Below the pieces are notes generated by a model, which was not told the origin of the DNA, did not search any database, and saw nothing but the letters and a program-made list of their open reading frames with translations. From assembly GCA_964016885.1 (NCBI GenBank), contig OZ024741.1, positions 257,858,001 through 257,922,000 of the forward strand: a DNA stretch of 64,000 nt, read 5' to 3'. Of this stretch, positions 42,082-56,619 are shown piece after piece; position 1 is the first letter of the stretch; each line of letters starts with the position of its first letter. A program made the translations under genes and the position numbers. Source of the stretch: Eledone cirrhosa. Its lineage: Eukaryota.

Positions 42082-45000
42082 AAATAACAAATAGACGCGG
42101 TTTCAAATCTCTATGCTTTTCAAATTCATTACATTAATCTTTATTTACACGTTTCGCTTTACGAGTGTTTCGACTTACGAGTGTTCCGACTTACGAGTGT
42201 TTCGACTTACGAGTGTTTCGACTTACGAGTGTTTCGACTTACGAGTGTTTCGACTTACGAGTGTTTTGACTTACGAGTGTTCTGACTTACGAGTGTTCTG
42301 ACTTACGAGTGTTTCGACTTACGAGTGTTCTGACTTACGAGTGTTCTGACTTACGAGTGTTCCGACTTACGAGTGTTTCGACTTACGAGTGTTTCGACTT
42401 ACGAGTGTTTCGACTTACGAGTGTTTCGGCTTACGAGTGTTTTGACTTACGAGTGTTCTGACTACGAGTGTTCTGACTTACGAGTGTTTCGACTACGAGT
42501 GTTTCGACTTACGAGTGTTTCGGCTTACGAGTGTTTCGACATACGGGTGTTTCGACTTACGGTGTTTCGGCTTACGAGTGTTTCGACTTACGATTGTTCT
42601 GACTTACGAGTGTTCTGACTTATGAGTGTTCTGACTTACGAGTGTTCTGACTTACGAGTGTTCCGACTTACGAGTGTTTCGGCTTACGAGTGTTTCGACT
42701 TACGAGTGTTATGACTTACGAGTGTTCTGACTTATGAGTGTTTTGACTTACGAGTGTTCTGACTTACGAGTGTTTCGACTTACGAGTGTTTCGACTTACG
42801 AGTGTTCTGACTTACGAGTGTTCTAACTTACGAGTGTTCTGACTTACGAGTGTTCTGACTTACGAGTGTTCCGACTTACGAGTGTTTCGGCTCACGAGTG
42901 TTTCGGCTTACGAGTGTTTCAACTTACGAAAATAACAAATAGACGCGGTTTCAAATCTCTATGCTTTTCAAATTCATTACATTAATATTTATTTATACGT
43001 TTCGCTTTACGAGTGTTTCGACTTACGAGTGTTTCGACTTACGAGTGTTTCGGCTTACGAGTGTTTAGGTTTACGAGTGTTTCGACACATGAGTGTTTTG
43101 ACTTACGGGTGTTTCTACTTACCGGTGTTTCGACTTACGAGTGTTTCGGCTTACGAGTGTTTCGACTGACTAATGTTTTTACTTACGAGTGTTTCGGTGT
43201 ACGAGTGTTTCGACTTAAGGATGTTTCGATTTACGAGTGTTTCGACTTACGAGTGTTTCGGCTTACGTGAGTTTCGACTTAATAGTGTTCTGATTTACGA
43301 GTGTTCTGACTTGCGGGTGTTCTTTTTTACGAGTGTTCCGACTTACGAGTGTTTCGGCTTATGAGTGTTTCGACTTACGAGTGTTTCGGCTTACGAGTGT
43401 TTCGCCTTATGGGTGTTTCGACTTACGAGTGTTTTTACTTACGGTGTTTCGGCTTCCGAGTGTTTCGACATACGAGTGTTTTGACTTACGGGTGTTTCGG
43501 CTTACGAGTGTTTCGACTTACGAGTGTTTCGGCTTACGAGTGTTTCGACTTACTAATGTTTTTACTTACGAGTGTTTCGGCGTACGAGTGTTTTGACTTA
43601 CGAGTGTTTCGACTTACGAGTGTTTCGACTTACGAGTGTTTTGACTTACGAATGTTTGACTTACGGGTGTTTCGGCTTACGAGTGTTTCGACTTACGAGT
43701 CTTTCGGCTTACGAGTGTTTCGATTTACTAATGTTTTTACTTACGAGTGTTTCGGCGTACGAGTGTTTCGACTTACGGGTGTTTTGACTTACGGGTGTTT
43801 CTGCTTACGAGTGTTTTGACTTAAGGGTGTTTCGACTTACGAGTATTTTTGGCTTACGAGTGTTTCGACTTACGAGTGTTTTGACTTACGAGTGTTCTTA
43901 TTTACGGATGTTTCGACATACGAGTGTTCAGACTTACGAGTTTTCCGACTTACGAGTGTTTCGGCTTACGAGTGTTTCGACTTACGAGTGTTTCGACTTA
44001 CGAGTGTTTCGACTTACGAGTGTTTCGACTTACGAGTGTTTTGACTTACGGTGTTTCGGCTTACGAGTGTTTCGACTTACGAGTGTTTTGACTTACTGGT
44101 GTTTTGACATACGAGTGTTTCGATACGAGTGTTTCGACTTACGAGTGTTCTGACTTACGAGTGTTCTAACTTACGAGTGTTCTGACTTACGAGTGTTCTG
44201 ACTTACGAGTGTTCCGACTTACGAGTGTTTCGGCTCACGAGTGTTTCGGCTTACGAGTGTTTCGACTTACGAAAATAACAAATAGACGCGGTTTCAAATC
44301 TCTATGCTTTTCAAATTCATTACATTAATCTTTATTTATACGTTTCGCTTTACGAGTGTTTCGACTTACGAGTGTTTTGACTTACGAGTGTTTCGGCTTA
44401 CGAGTGTTTTGACTTACGAGTGTTTTGACTTACATGTGTTTCGACTTACGCGTGTTTCGACTTACGAGTGTTTCGTCTTGCGAGTGTTTCGACTACGGGT
44501 GTTTCGACTTACGAATGTTTTGACTTACGGATGTTTTGAATTACGGGTGTTTCGGCTTACGAGTGTTTCGACTTACGAGTGTTTCGACTTACGAGTGTTT
44601 TGACTTACGAGTGTTTTGACTTACGGTCTTTGGGCTTACGAGTGTTTCGACTTACGAGTGTTTTGACTTACGGGTGTTTTGACATACGAGTGTTTCGATA
44701 CGAGTGTTCTGACTTACGAGTGTTCTGACTTACGAGTGTTCTGACTTACGAGTGTTCTGACATACGTGTGTTCTGACTTACGAGTGTTCCGATTTACGAG
44801 TGTTTCGGCATATGAGTGTTTCGACTTACGAATGTTTTTGCTTACGGGTGTTTCGACTTATGAATGTTTTTGCTTACGAGTGTTTCGGCTTACGAGTGTT
44901 TCGACTTACGAAAATAACAAATAGACGCGGTTTCAAATCTCTATGCTTTTCAAATTCATTACATTAATCTTTATTTACACGTTTCGCTTTACGAGTGTTT

Positions 45001-48000
45001 CGACTTACGCGTGTTTCGACTTACGAGTGTTTCGACTTACGAGTGTTTCGACTTACGAGTGTTTCGACTTACGAGTGTTTCGACTTACGAGTGTTCTGAC
45101 TTACGAGTGTTCTGACTTAGGAGTGTTTCGACTTACGAGTGTTCTGACTTAGGAGTGTTCTGACTTACGATTGTTCCGACTTACGAGTGTTTCGACTTAC
45201 GAGTGTTTCGATACGAATGCTCTGACTTACGAGTGTTCTGACTTACGAGTGTTCTGACTTACGAGTATTCTGACTTACGTGTGTTCTGACTTACGAGTGT
45301 TCCGATACGAGTGTTTAGGTTTACGAGTGTTTCGACACATGAGTGTTTTGACTTACGGGTGTTTCGACTTACGGGTGTTTCGACTTACGAGTGTTTCGGC
45401 TTACGAGTGTTTCGACTTACTAATGTTTTTACTTACGAGTGTTTCGACTTAAGGATGTTTCGATTTACGAGTGTTTCGACTTACGAGTGTTTCGGCTTAC
45501 GTGAGTTTCGACTTAAGAGTGTTCTGATTTACGAGTGTTCTGACTTGCGGGTGTTCTGATTTACGAGTGTTCCGACTTACGAGTGTTTCGGCTTATGAGT
45601 GTTTCGACTTACGAGTGTTTCGGCTTACGAGTGTTTCGCCTTATGGGTGTTTCGACTTACGAGTGTTTTTACTTACGGTGTTTCGGCTTCCGAGTGTTTC
45701 GAGATACGAGTGTTTTGACTTACGGGTGTTTCGGCTTACGAGTGTTTCGACTTACGAGTGTTTCGGCTTACGAGTGTTTCGACTTACTAATGTTTTTACT
45801 TACGAGTGTTTCGGCGTACGAGAGTTTTGACTTACGAGTGTTTCGATCTACGAGTGTTTCGACTTACGAGTGTTTTGACTTACGAATGTTTTGACTTACG
45901 GGTGTTTCGGCTTACGAGTGTTTCGACTTACGAGTCTTTCGGCTTACGAGTGTTTCGACTTACTAATGTTTTTACTTACGAGTGTTTCGGCGTACGAGTG
46001 TTTCGACTTACGAGTGTTTCGACTTACGGGTGTTTTGACTTACGGGTGTTTCGGCTTACGAGTGTTTTGACTTAAGGGTGTTTCGACTTACGAGTATTTT
46101 TGGCTTACGAGTGTTTCGACTTACGAGTGTTTTGACTTACGAGTGTTCTGATTTACGGATGTTTCGACATACGAGTGTTCAGACTTACGAGTGTTCCAAC
46201 TTACGAGTGTTTCGGCTTACGAGTGTTTCGGCTCACGAGTGTTTCGACTTACGAGTATTTCGACTTACGAGTGTTTCGACTTACGAGTGTTTCGACTTAC
46301 GAGTGTTTTGACTTACGGTGTTTCGGCTTACGAGTGTTTCGACTTACGAGTGTTTTGACTTACTGGTGTTTTGACATACGAGTGTTTCGATACGAGTGTT
46401 TCGACTTACGAGTGTTCTGACTTACGGATGTTTTGACTTACGGGTGTTTCGGCTTACGAGTGTTTCGACTTACGAGTGTTTTGACTTACGAGTGTTTTGA
46501 CTTACGGTGTTTCGGCTTACGAGTGTTTCGACTACGAGTGTTTCGACTTACGAGTGTTTCGGCTTACGGGTGTTTCGACATACGGGTGTTTTGACTTACG
46601 GGTGTTTTGACATACGAGTGTTCTGACTTACGAGTGTTCCGATTTACGAGTGTTTCGGCATATGAGTGTTTCGACTTACGAATGTTTTTGCTTACGAGTG
46701 TTTCGGCTTACGAGTGTTTCGACTTACGAAAATAACAAATAGACGCGGTTTCAAATCTCTATGCTTTTCAAATTCATTACATTAATCTTTATTTACACGT
46801 TTCGCTTTACGAGTGTTTCGACTTACGCGTGTTTCGACTTACGGGTGTTTCGACTTACGAGTGTTTCGACTTACGAGTGTTTCGACTTACGAGTGTTTCG
46901 GCTTACGAGTGTTTTGACTTACGAGTGTTCCGACTACGAGTGTTCTGACTTACGAGTGTTTCGGCTTATGAGTGTTTCGACTTACGAGTGTTTCGGCTTA
47001 TGAGTGTTTCGACTTACGACTGTTTCGGCTTACGAGTGTTTCGACTTACGAGTGTTTCGACTTACGAGTTTTTCGACTTACGGGTGTTTCGACTTACGAG
47101 TGTTTCGACTACGAGTGTTTCGACTTACGAGTGTTTCGGCTTACGAGTGTTTCGACATACGGGTGTTTCGACTTACGGTGTTTCGGCTTACGAGTGTTTC
47201 GACTTACGAGTGTTCTGACTTACGAGTGTTCTGACTTATGAGTGTTCTGACTTACGAGTGTTCTGACTTACGAGTGTTCCGACTTACGAGTGTTTCGGCT
47301 TACGAGTGTTTCGACTTACGAGTGTTATGACTTACGAGTGTTCTGACTTATGAGTGTTTTGACTTACGAGTGTTCTGACTTACGAGTGTTTCGACTTACG
47401 AGTGTTTCGACTTACGAGTGTTCTGACTTACGAGTGTTCTAACTTACGAGTGTTCTGACTTACGAGTGTTCTGACTTACGAGTGTTCCGACTTACGAGTG
47501 TTTCGGCTCACGAGTGTTTCGGCTTACGAGTGTTTCAAATTACGAAAATAACAAATAGACGCGGTTTCAAATCTCTATGCTTTTCAAATTCATTACATTA
47601 ATATTTATTTATACGTTTCGCTTTACGAGTGTTTCGACTTACGAGTGTTTCGACTTACGAGTGTTTCGGCTTACGAGTGTTTCGACTTACGAGTGTTTTG
47701 ACTTACTGGTGTTTTGACATACGAGTGTTTCGATACGAGTGTTTCGACTTACGAGTGTTCTGACTTACGAGTGTTCTGACTTACGAGTGTTTCGACTTAC
47801 GAGTGTTCTGACTTAGGAGTGTTCTGACTTACGAATGTTCCGACTTACGAGTGTTTCGACTTACGAGTGTTTTGACTTACGAGTGTTTCGACTTACGAGT
47901 GTTTCGGCTTACGAGTGTTTCGACTTACGAGTGTTTCGACTTACGGGTGTTTCGACTTACGAGTGTTTCGACTTACGGGTGTTTCGACTTACGAGTGTTT

Positions 48001-51000
48001 CGACTACGAGTGTTTCGACTTACGAGTGTTTCGGTTTACGTGTGTTTCGACATACGGGTGTTTCGACTTACGGTGTTTCGGCTTACGAATGTTTCGATAC
48101 GAGTGTTCTGACTTACGAGTGTTCTGACTTACGAGTGTTCTGACTTACGAGTGTTCCGACTTACGAGTGTTTCGGCTCACGAGTGTTTCGGCTTACGAGT
48201 GTTTCAACTTACGAAAATAACAAATAGACGCGGTTTCAAATCTCTATGCTTTTCAAATTCATTACATTAATCTTTATTTATACGTTTCGCTTTACGAGTG
48301 TTTCGACTTACGAGTGTTTCGACATACGAGTGTTTCGGCTTACGAGTGTTTTGATTTACGAGTGTTTTGACTTACGGGTGCTTCGACTTACGCGTGTTTC
48401 GACTTACGAGTGTTTCGACTTACGAGTGTTTCGACTTACGAGTGATTCGACTTACGAATGTTTTGACTTACGAGTGTTTTGACTTACGAATGTTTTGACT
48501 TACGGGTGTTTCGGCTTACGAGTGTTTCGACTTACGAGTGTTTCGGCTGGCGAGTGTTTCGACTTACGAGTGTTTTGACTTAAGGGTGTTTCGACATACG
48601 AGTGTTTCGACTTACGAGTGTTTCGACTTACGGGTGTTTCGACTTACGAGTGTTTTGGCTTACGGTGTTTCGACTTACGAGTGTTTCGGCTTACGAGTGT
48701 TTTGACTTAAGGGTGTTTCGACTTACGAGTGTTTCGATACGAGTGTTTCGACTTACGAGTGTTCTGACTTACGAGTGTTCCGACTTACGAGTGTCTCGGC
48801 TTACGAGTGTTTCGGCTTACGAGTGTTTCGACTTACGAGTGTTTCGACTTACGAGTGTTCCGACTTACGGGTGTTTCGACTTACGAGTGTTTTGGCTTAC
48901 GGTGTTTCGACTTACGAGTGTTTCGGCTTACGAGTGTTTTGACTTAAGGGTGTTTCGACTTACGAGTGTTTCGATACGAGTGTTTCGACTTACGAGTGTT
49001 CTGACTTACGATTGTTCTGACTTACGAGCGTTCTGACTTACGAGTGTTCTGACTTACGAGTGTTTCGGCTTACGAGTGTTTCGGCTTACGAGTGTTATGA
49101 CTTACGAGTGTTTCGACTTACGAGTGTTCCGACTTACGGGTGTTTCGACTTACGAGTGTTTTGGCTTACGGTGTTTCGGCTTACGAGTGTTTCGAGTTAA
49201 GAGTGTTTTGACTTACGCGTGTTTTGACATACGAGTGTTCTGATTTACGAGTGTTCTGACTTACGAGTGTTCCGACTTACGAGTGTTTCGGCTTACGAGT
49301 GTTTCGGCTTACGAGTGTTTCGACTTACGAATGTTTCGACTTACGAGTGTTTCGACTTACGAGTGTTTAGACTTACGAGTGTTTTGACTTACGGTGTTTC
49401 GGCTTACGAGTGTTTCGACTTACGAGTGTTTTGACTTACTGGTGTTTTGACATAAGAGTGTTTCGATACGAGTGTTTCGACTTACGAGTGTTCTGACTTA
49501 CGAGTGTTCTGACTTACGAGTGTTCTAACTTACGAGTGTTCTGACTTACGAGTGTTCTGAGTTACGAGTGTTCCGACTTACGAGTGTTTCGGCTCACCAG
49601 TGTTTCGGCTTACGAGTGTTTCGACTTACGAAAATAACAAATAGACGCGGTTTCAAATCTCTATGCTTTTCAAATTCATTACATTAATCTTTATTTATAC
49701 GTTTCGCTTTACGAGTGTTTCGACTTACGAGTGTTTCGACTTACGAGTGTTTCGGCTTACGATTGTTTTCACTTACGAGTGTTTTGACTTACATGTGTTT
49801 CGACTTACGCGTGTTTCGACTTACGAGTGTTTTGACTTAAGGGTGTTTCGACATACGAGTGTTTCGACTTACGAGTGTTTCGACTTACGAATGTTTCGGC
49901 TTACGAGTGTTTTGACTTAAGGGTGTTTCGACTTACGAGTGTTTCGATACGAGTATTTCGACTTACGAGTGTTCTGACTTACGAGTGTTCCGACTTACGA
50001 GTGTCTCGGCTTACGAGTGTTTCGGCTTACGAGTGTTTCGACTTACGAGTGTTTCGACTTACGAGTGTTCCGACTTACGGGTGTTTCGACTTACGAGTGT
50101 TTTGGCTTACGGTGTTTCGACTTACGAGTGTTTCGGCTTACGAGTGTTTTGACTTAAGGGTGTTTCGACTTACGAGTGTTTCGATACGAGTGTTTCGACT
50201 TACGAGTGTTCTGACTTACGATTGTTCTGACTTACGAGCGTTCTGACTTACGAGTGTTCTGACTTACGAGTGTTTCGGCTTACGAGTGTTTCGGCTTACG
50301 AGTGTTATGACTTACGAGTGTTTCGACTTACGAGTGTTTCGACTTACGAGTGTTCTGACTACGAGTGTTCTGACTTACGGGTGTTCTGACTTACGAGTGT
50401 TCCGACTTACGAGTGTTTCGACTTACGAGTGTTTCGGCTTTCGGGTGTTTAGACTTACGAGTGTTTCGGGTTACGAGTGTTTCGACTTACGAATGTTTTC
50501 GCTTACGAGTGTTTCGGCTTACGAGTGTTTCGACTTACGAGTGTTTCGACTTACGAGTGTTTTGACTTACGGTTTTTCGGCTTGCGAGTGTTTCGACATA
50601 CGAGTGTTTTGACTTACGGGCGTTTCGACTTACGGGTGTTTCGACTTACGAGTGTTTCGACTTACGAGTGTTCTGACTTACGAGTGTTCTGACTTGCGAG
50701 TGTTCCGACTTACGAGTGTTTCGGCTTACGAGTGTTTCGACATACGAGTGTTTTGACTTACGAAAATAATAAATAGACGCGGTTTCAAATCTCTATGCTT
50801 TTCAAGTTCATTACATTAATCTTTATTTATACGTTTCGCTTTACGAATGTTTCGACTTACGAGTGTTTCGGCTTACGAGTGTTTCGACTTACGAGTGATC
50901 TGACTACGAGTGTTCTGACTTATGAGTGTTTTGACTTACGAGTGTTTCTACTTACGAGTGTTTCGACTTACGGGTGTTTCGGCTTACGAGTGTTTCGACT

Positions 51001-51372
51001 TACGAGTGTTTTGACTTACGAATGTTTTACCTTACGGGTGTTCCGGTTTACGAGTGTTTCGACTCACGAGTATTCTGACTTACGAGTGTTCCGACTTACG
51101 GGTGTTTCGACTTACGAGTGTTTCGACTTACGAGTGTTCCGACTTACGAGGGTTTCGGCTTACGGGTGTTCCGACTTACGAGTATTTTCGGCTTACGAGT
51201 GTTTCGACTTACGAGTGTTTTGACTTACGGGTGTTTTGACATACGAGTGTTTCGATACGAGTGTTCTGACTTACGAGTGTTCTGACTTACGAGTGTTCTG
51301 ACTTACGAGTGTTCCGACTTACGAGTGTTTCGGCTCACGAGTGTTTCGGCTTACGAGTGTTTCGACTTACGA

Positions 51373-54300
51373 AAATAATAAATAGACGCGGTTTCAAATC
51401 TCTATGCTTTTCAAGTTCATTACATTAATCTTTATTTATACGTTTCGCTTTACGAATGTTTCGACTTACGAGTGTTTCGGCTTACGATTGTTTTGACTTA
51501 CGAGATTTTTGACTTACGGGTCTTTCGACTTAGGAGTGTTTCGACTTACGAGTGTTTCGGCTTACAAGTTTTTCTTCTTACGAGTGTTTCGGCTTACGAG
51601 TGTTTCGACTTACGAGTGTTCTGACTACGAGTGTTCTGACTTACGGGTGTTCTGACTTACGAGTGTTCCGACTTGCGAGTGTTTCGGCTTATGAATGTTT
51701 CGACTTACGAGTGTTTCGGCTTACGAGTGTTTCGACTTACGAGTGTTTCGGCTTACGATTGTTTCGACTTACGAATGTTTTTGCTTACGAGTGTTTCGAC
51801 TTACGAGTGTTTTGATTTACGGTGTTTCGGCTTACGAGTGTTTCGACTTACGAGTGTTTTGACTTACGGGTGTTTTAACATACGAGTGTTTCGATACGAA
51901 TGTTCTGACTTACGAGTGTTCTGACTTGCGAGTGTTCCGACTTACGAGTGTTTCGGCTTACGAGTGTTTCGACATACGAGTTTTTTAACTTACGGGTGTT
52001 TCGACTTACGTGTGTTTCGACTTACGAGTGTTTCGGCTTACGAGTGTTTCGGCTTACGAGTGTTTCGGCTCACGAGTGTTTCGACTTACGAGTGTTTCGA
52101 CTTACGAGTGTTTCGACTTAAGAGTGTTTCGACTTACGAGTGTTTCGACTTACGAGTGATTTTGCCATACGGGTGTTTCGGTTTACGAGTGTTTCGACTT
52201 ACGAGTGTTCTGACTTACGAGTGTTCCGACTTACGAGTGTTTCGACTTACGAGTGTTTTGACTTACGAGTGTTCCGACCTACGAGCGTTTCGGCTTATGG
52301 GAGTTCCGACCTACGAGTGTTTCGACTTACGAGTGTTTTGACTTACGAGTGTTTCGGCTTACGAGTGTTTCGACTTACGAGTGTTTCGACTTACGAGTGT
52401 TTTGACTTACGAGTGTTTTGACTTACGGTGTTTCGACTTCCGAGTGTTTTGACTTACGGGTGTTTTGACATACGAGTGTTTCGATACAAGTGTTCTGACT
52501 TCCGAGTGTTTTGACTTACGAGTGTTCTGACTTACGAGTGTTATGACTTACGAGTGTTCTGACTTACGAGTGTTCCGATTTACGAGTGTTTCGGCTTATG
52601 AGTGTTTCGACTTACGAATGTTTTTGCTTACGGGCGTTTCGACTTACGAATGTTTTTGCTTACGAGTGTTTCGGCTTACGAGTGATTCGACTTACGAGTG
52701 TTTTGACTTAAGGGTGTTTTGACTTACGGGTGTTGTGAATTACGAGTGTTCCGATTTACGAGTGTTTTGACTTACGGTGTTTCGGCTTACGAGTTATTCG
52801 ACTTACGAATGTTTTGACTTACGGGTGTTTCGGCTTGCGAGTGTTTCGACTTACGAGTGTTTCGGCTTATGAGTGTTTCGACTTACTAATGTTTTTACTT
52901 ACGAGTGTTTCGGCGTACGAGTGTTTTAACTTACGAGTGTTTCGACTTACGAGTGTTTTGACTTACGAATGTTTTGACTTACGGGTGTTTCGGCTTACGT
53001 GTGTTTCGACTTACGAGTGTTTCGGCTGGCGAGTGTTTCGACTTACGAGTGTTTTGACTTAAGGGTGTTTCGACTTACGAGTGTTTCGACTTACGAGTGT
53101 TTCGACTTACGAGTGTTTTGGCTTACGAATGTTTTGACTTACGGGTGTTTCGACTTACGGGTGTTTCGACTTACGAGTGTTTCGACTTACGAGTGTTTTG
53201 ACTTACGAGTGTTCTGACTTAAGAGTGTTCCGACTTACGAGTGTTCCGACTTACGAGTGTTTCGGCTTACGAGTGTTTCGGCTTACGAGTGTTTCGGCTT
53301 ACGAGTGTTTTGACTTACGAGTGTTCTGACTACGAGTGTTCTGACTTACGGGTGTTCTGACTTACGAGTGTTCCGACTTACAAGTGTTTCGGCTTATGAG
53401 TGTTTCGACTTACGGGCGTTTCGACTTACGCGTGTTTCGACTTACGAGTGTTTTGACTTACGAGTGTTCTGACTTAGGAGTGTTCTGACTTACGAGTGTT
53501 TCGGCTTACGCGTGTTTCGACGTACGAGTATTTTTGGCTTACGAGTGTTTCGACTTACGAGTGTTTTGAATTACGATTGTTTCGGCTTACGAGTGTTTCG
53601 ACTTACGAGTATTTCGACTTACGAGTGTTTTGACTTATGGGTGTTTTGACATACGATTGTTTCGATACGAGTGCTCTGACTTACGAGTGTTCTGACTTAC
53701 GAGTGTTCTGACCTACGAGTGTTCTGACTTACGGGTGTTCTGACTTACGTGTGTTCCGACTTACGAGTGTTTCGGCTATGGGTGTTTCGACTTACGAGTG
53801 TTTCGACTTACGAATGTTTTGGCTTACGAGTGTTTCGGCTTACGAGTGTTTCGACTTACGAATGTTTTGGCTTACGAGTGTTTCGGATTACGGGTGTTTC
53901 GACTAATGAGTGTTTCGACTCACGAGTGTTTTGACTTACGGTGTTTCGGCTTACGAGTTATTTGACATACGAGTGTTTCGACTTACGGGTGTTTCGACTT
54001 ACGGGTGTTTCGACTTACGAGTGTTTCCACTTACGAGTGTTCTGACTTACGAGTGTTCTGACTTACGAGTGTTTCGACTTACGAGTGTTTCGGTTTACGA
54101 GTGTTTCGACACACGAGTGTTTTGACTTACGGGGGTTTCGACTTACGGGTGTTTCGACTTACGGGTGTTTCGGCTTACGAGTGTTTCGACTTACTAATGT
54201 TTTTACTTACGAGTGTTTCGACTTAAGGATGTTTCGGCTTACGAGTGTTTCGACTTACGAGTGTTTCGGCTTACGTGAGTTTCGACTTAAGGGTGTTTTG

Positions 54301-54500
54301 ACTTACGGGTGTTGTGAATTACGAGTGTTCCGATTTACGAGTGTTTTGACTTACAGTGTTTCGGCTTACGAGTTATTCGACTTACGAATGTTTTGACTTA
54401 CGGGTGTTTCGGCTTGCGAGTGTTTCGACTTACGAGTGTTTCGGCTTATGAGTGTTTCGACTTACTAATGTTTTTACTTACGAGTGTTTCGGCGTACGAG
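51373..54500 (+). repeat. Third copy of the block at about 13.7-16.8 kb and 29.6-32.8 kb
   Basis: Offset 37690 for 13862/51552, 14274/51964 and 15124/52814, drifting to 37674 (16075/53749) and 37658 (16735/54393) in 16-bp steps. Confidence 0.85.
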
Positions 54501-56619
54501 TGTTTTGACTTACGAGTGTTCCGACTTACGAGTGTTTCGGCTTACGGGTGTTTCCACGTACGAGTATTTTTGGCTTACGAGTGTTTCGACTTACGAGTGT
54601 TTTGAATTACGATTGTTTCGGCTTACGAGTGTTTCGACTTACGAGTGTTTTGACTTATGGGTGTTTTTACATACGAGTGTTTCGATACGAATGCTCTGAC
54701 TTACGAGTGTTCTGACTTACGAGTGTTCTGACTTACGAGTGTTCTGACTTACGTGTGTTCCGACTTACGAGTGTTTCGGCTATGGGTGTTTCGACTTACG
54801 AGTGTTTTGACTTACGGGTGTTTCGACTTACGGGTGTTTCGACTTACGAGTGTTTCGACTTATGAGTGTTTCGACTTACGAGTGTTCTGACTTACGAGTG
54901 TTCTGACTTATGAGTGTTTCGACTTACGAGTGTTTCGGCTTACGAGTGTTTCGACTGACTAATGTTTTTACTTACGAGTGTTTCGGTGTACGAGTGTTTC
55001 GACTTAAGGATGTTTCGATTTACGAGTGTTTCGACTTACGAGTGTTTCGGCTTACGTGAGTTTCGACTTAATAGTGTTCTGATTTACGAGTGTTCTGACT
55101 TGCGGGTGTTCTGATTTACGAGTGTTCCGACTTACGAGTGTTTCGGCTTATGAGTGTTTCGACTTACGAGTGTTTCGGCTTACGAGTGTTTCGCCTTATG
55201 GGTGTTTCGACTTACGAGTGTTTTTACTTACGGTGTTTCGGCTTCCGAGTGTTTCGACATACGAGTGTTTTGACTTACGGGTGTTTCGGCTTACGAGTGT
55301 TTCGACTTACGAGTGTTTCGGCTTACGAGTGTTTCGACTTACTAATGTTTTTACTTACGAGTGTTTCGGCGTACGAGTGTTTTGACTTACGACTGTTTCG
55401 ACTTACGAGTGTTTCGACTTACGAGTGTTTTGACTTACGAATGTTTTGACTTACGGGTGTTTCGGCTTACGAGTGTTTCGACTTACGAGTGTTTTGACTT
55501 ACGGTGTTTCGGCTTATGAGTTATTCGACATACGAGTGTTTCGACTTACGGGTGTTTCGACTTACGGGTGTTTCGACTTATGAGTGTTTCGACTTACGAG
55601 TGTTCTGACTTACGAGTGTGCTGACTTACGAGTGTTCCGACTTACGAGTGTTTAGGTTTACGAGTGTTTCGACACATGAGTGTTTTGACTTACGGGTGTT
55701 TCGACTTACGGGTGTTTCGACTTACGAGTGTTTCGGCTTACGAGTGTTTCGACTTACTAATGTTTTTACTTACGAGTGTTTCGGTGTACGAGTGTTTCGA
55801 CTTAAGGATGTTTCGATTTACGAGTGTTTCGACTTACGAGTGTTTCGGCTTACGAGTGTTTTGACTTACGAGTGTTCTGACTACGAGTGTTTAGACTTAC
55901 GAGTGTTTCGACTTACGAGCGTTTCGGCTTACGAGTGTTTCGACATACGGGTGTTTCGACTTACGGTGTTTCGGCTTACGAGTGTTTGGACTTACGAGTG
56001 TTCTGACTTACGAGTGTTCTGACTTATGAGTGTTCTGACTTACGAGTGTTCTGACTTACGAGTGTTCCGACTTACGAGTGTTTCGGCTTACGAGTGTTTC
56101 GGCTTACGAGTGTTTCGACTTACGAATGTTTCGACTTACGAGTGTTTCGACTTACGAGTGTTTAGGTTTACGAGTGTTTCGACACATGAGTGTTTTGACT
56201 TACGGGTGTTTCGACTTACGGGTGTTTCGACTTATGAGTGTTTCGACTTACGAGTGTTCTGACTTACGAGTGTGCTGACTTACGAGTGTTCCGACTTACG
56301 AGTGTTTAGGTTTACGAGTGTTTCGACACATGAGTGTTTTGACTTACGGGTGTTTCGACTTACGGGTGTTTCGACTTACGAGTGTTTCGGCTTACGAGTG
56401 TTTCGACTTACTAATGTTTTTACTTACGAGTGTTTCGGTGTACGAGTGATTCGACTTAAGGATGTTTCGATTTACGAGTGTTTCGACTTACGAGTGTTTC
56501 GGCTTACGTGAGTTTCGACTTAAGAGTGTTCTGATTTACGAGTGTTCTGACTTGCGGGTGTTCTGATTTACGAGTGTTCCGACTTACGAGTGTTTCGGCT
56601 TATGAGTGTTTCGACTTAC

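Larger units (their letters stand above)
35130..49250 (+). repeat. Imperfect duplication with ~8.1-8.6 kb offset (about 35.1-40.7 kb vs 43.1-49.2 kb)
   Basis: Landmarks 35231/43333 (8102), 36062/44304 (8242), 37374/45567 (8193), 38394/46972 and 39668/48246 (8578). Shared private variants include TTTCGAGATACG and TTCGATCTACG. Confidence 0.8.
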
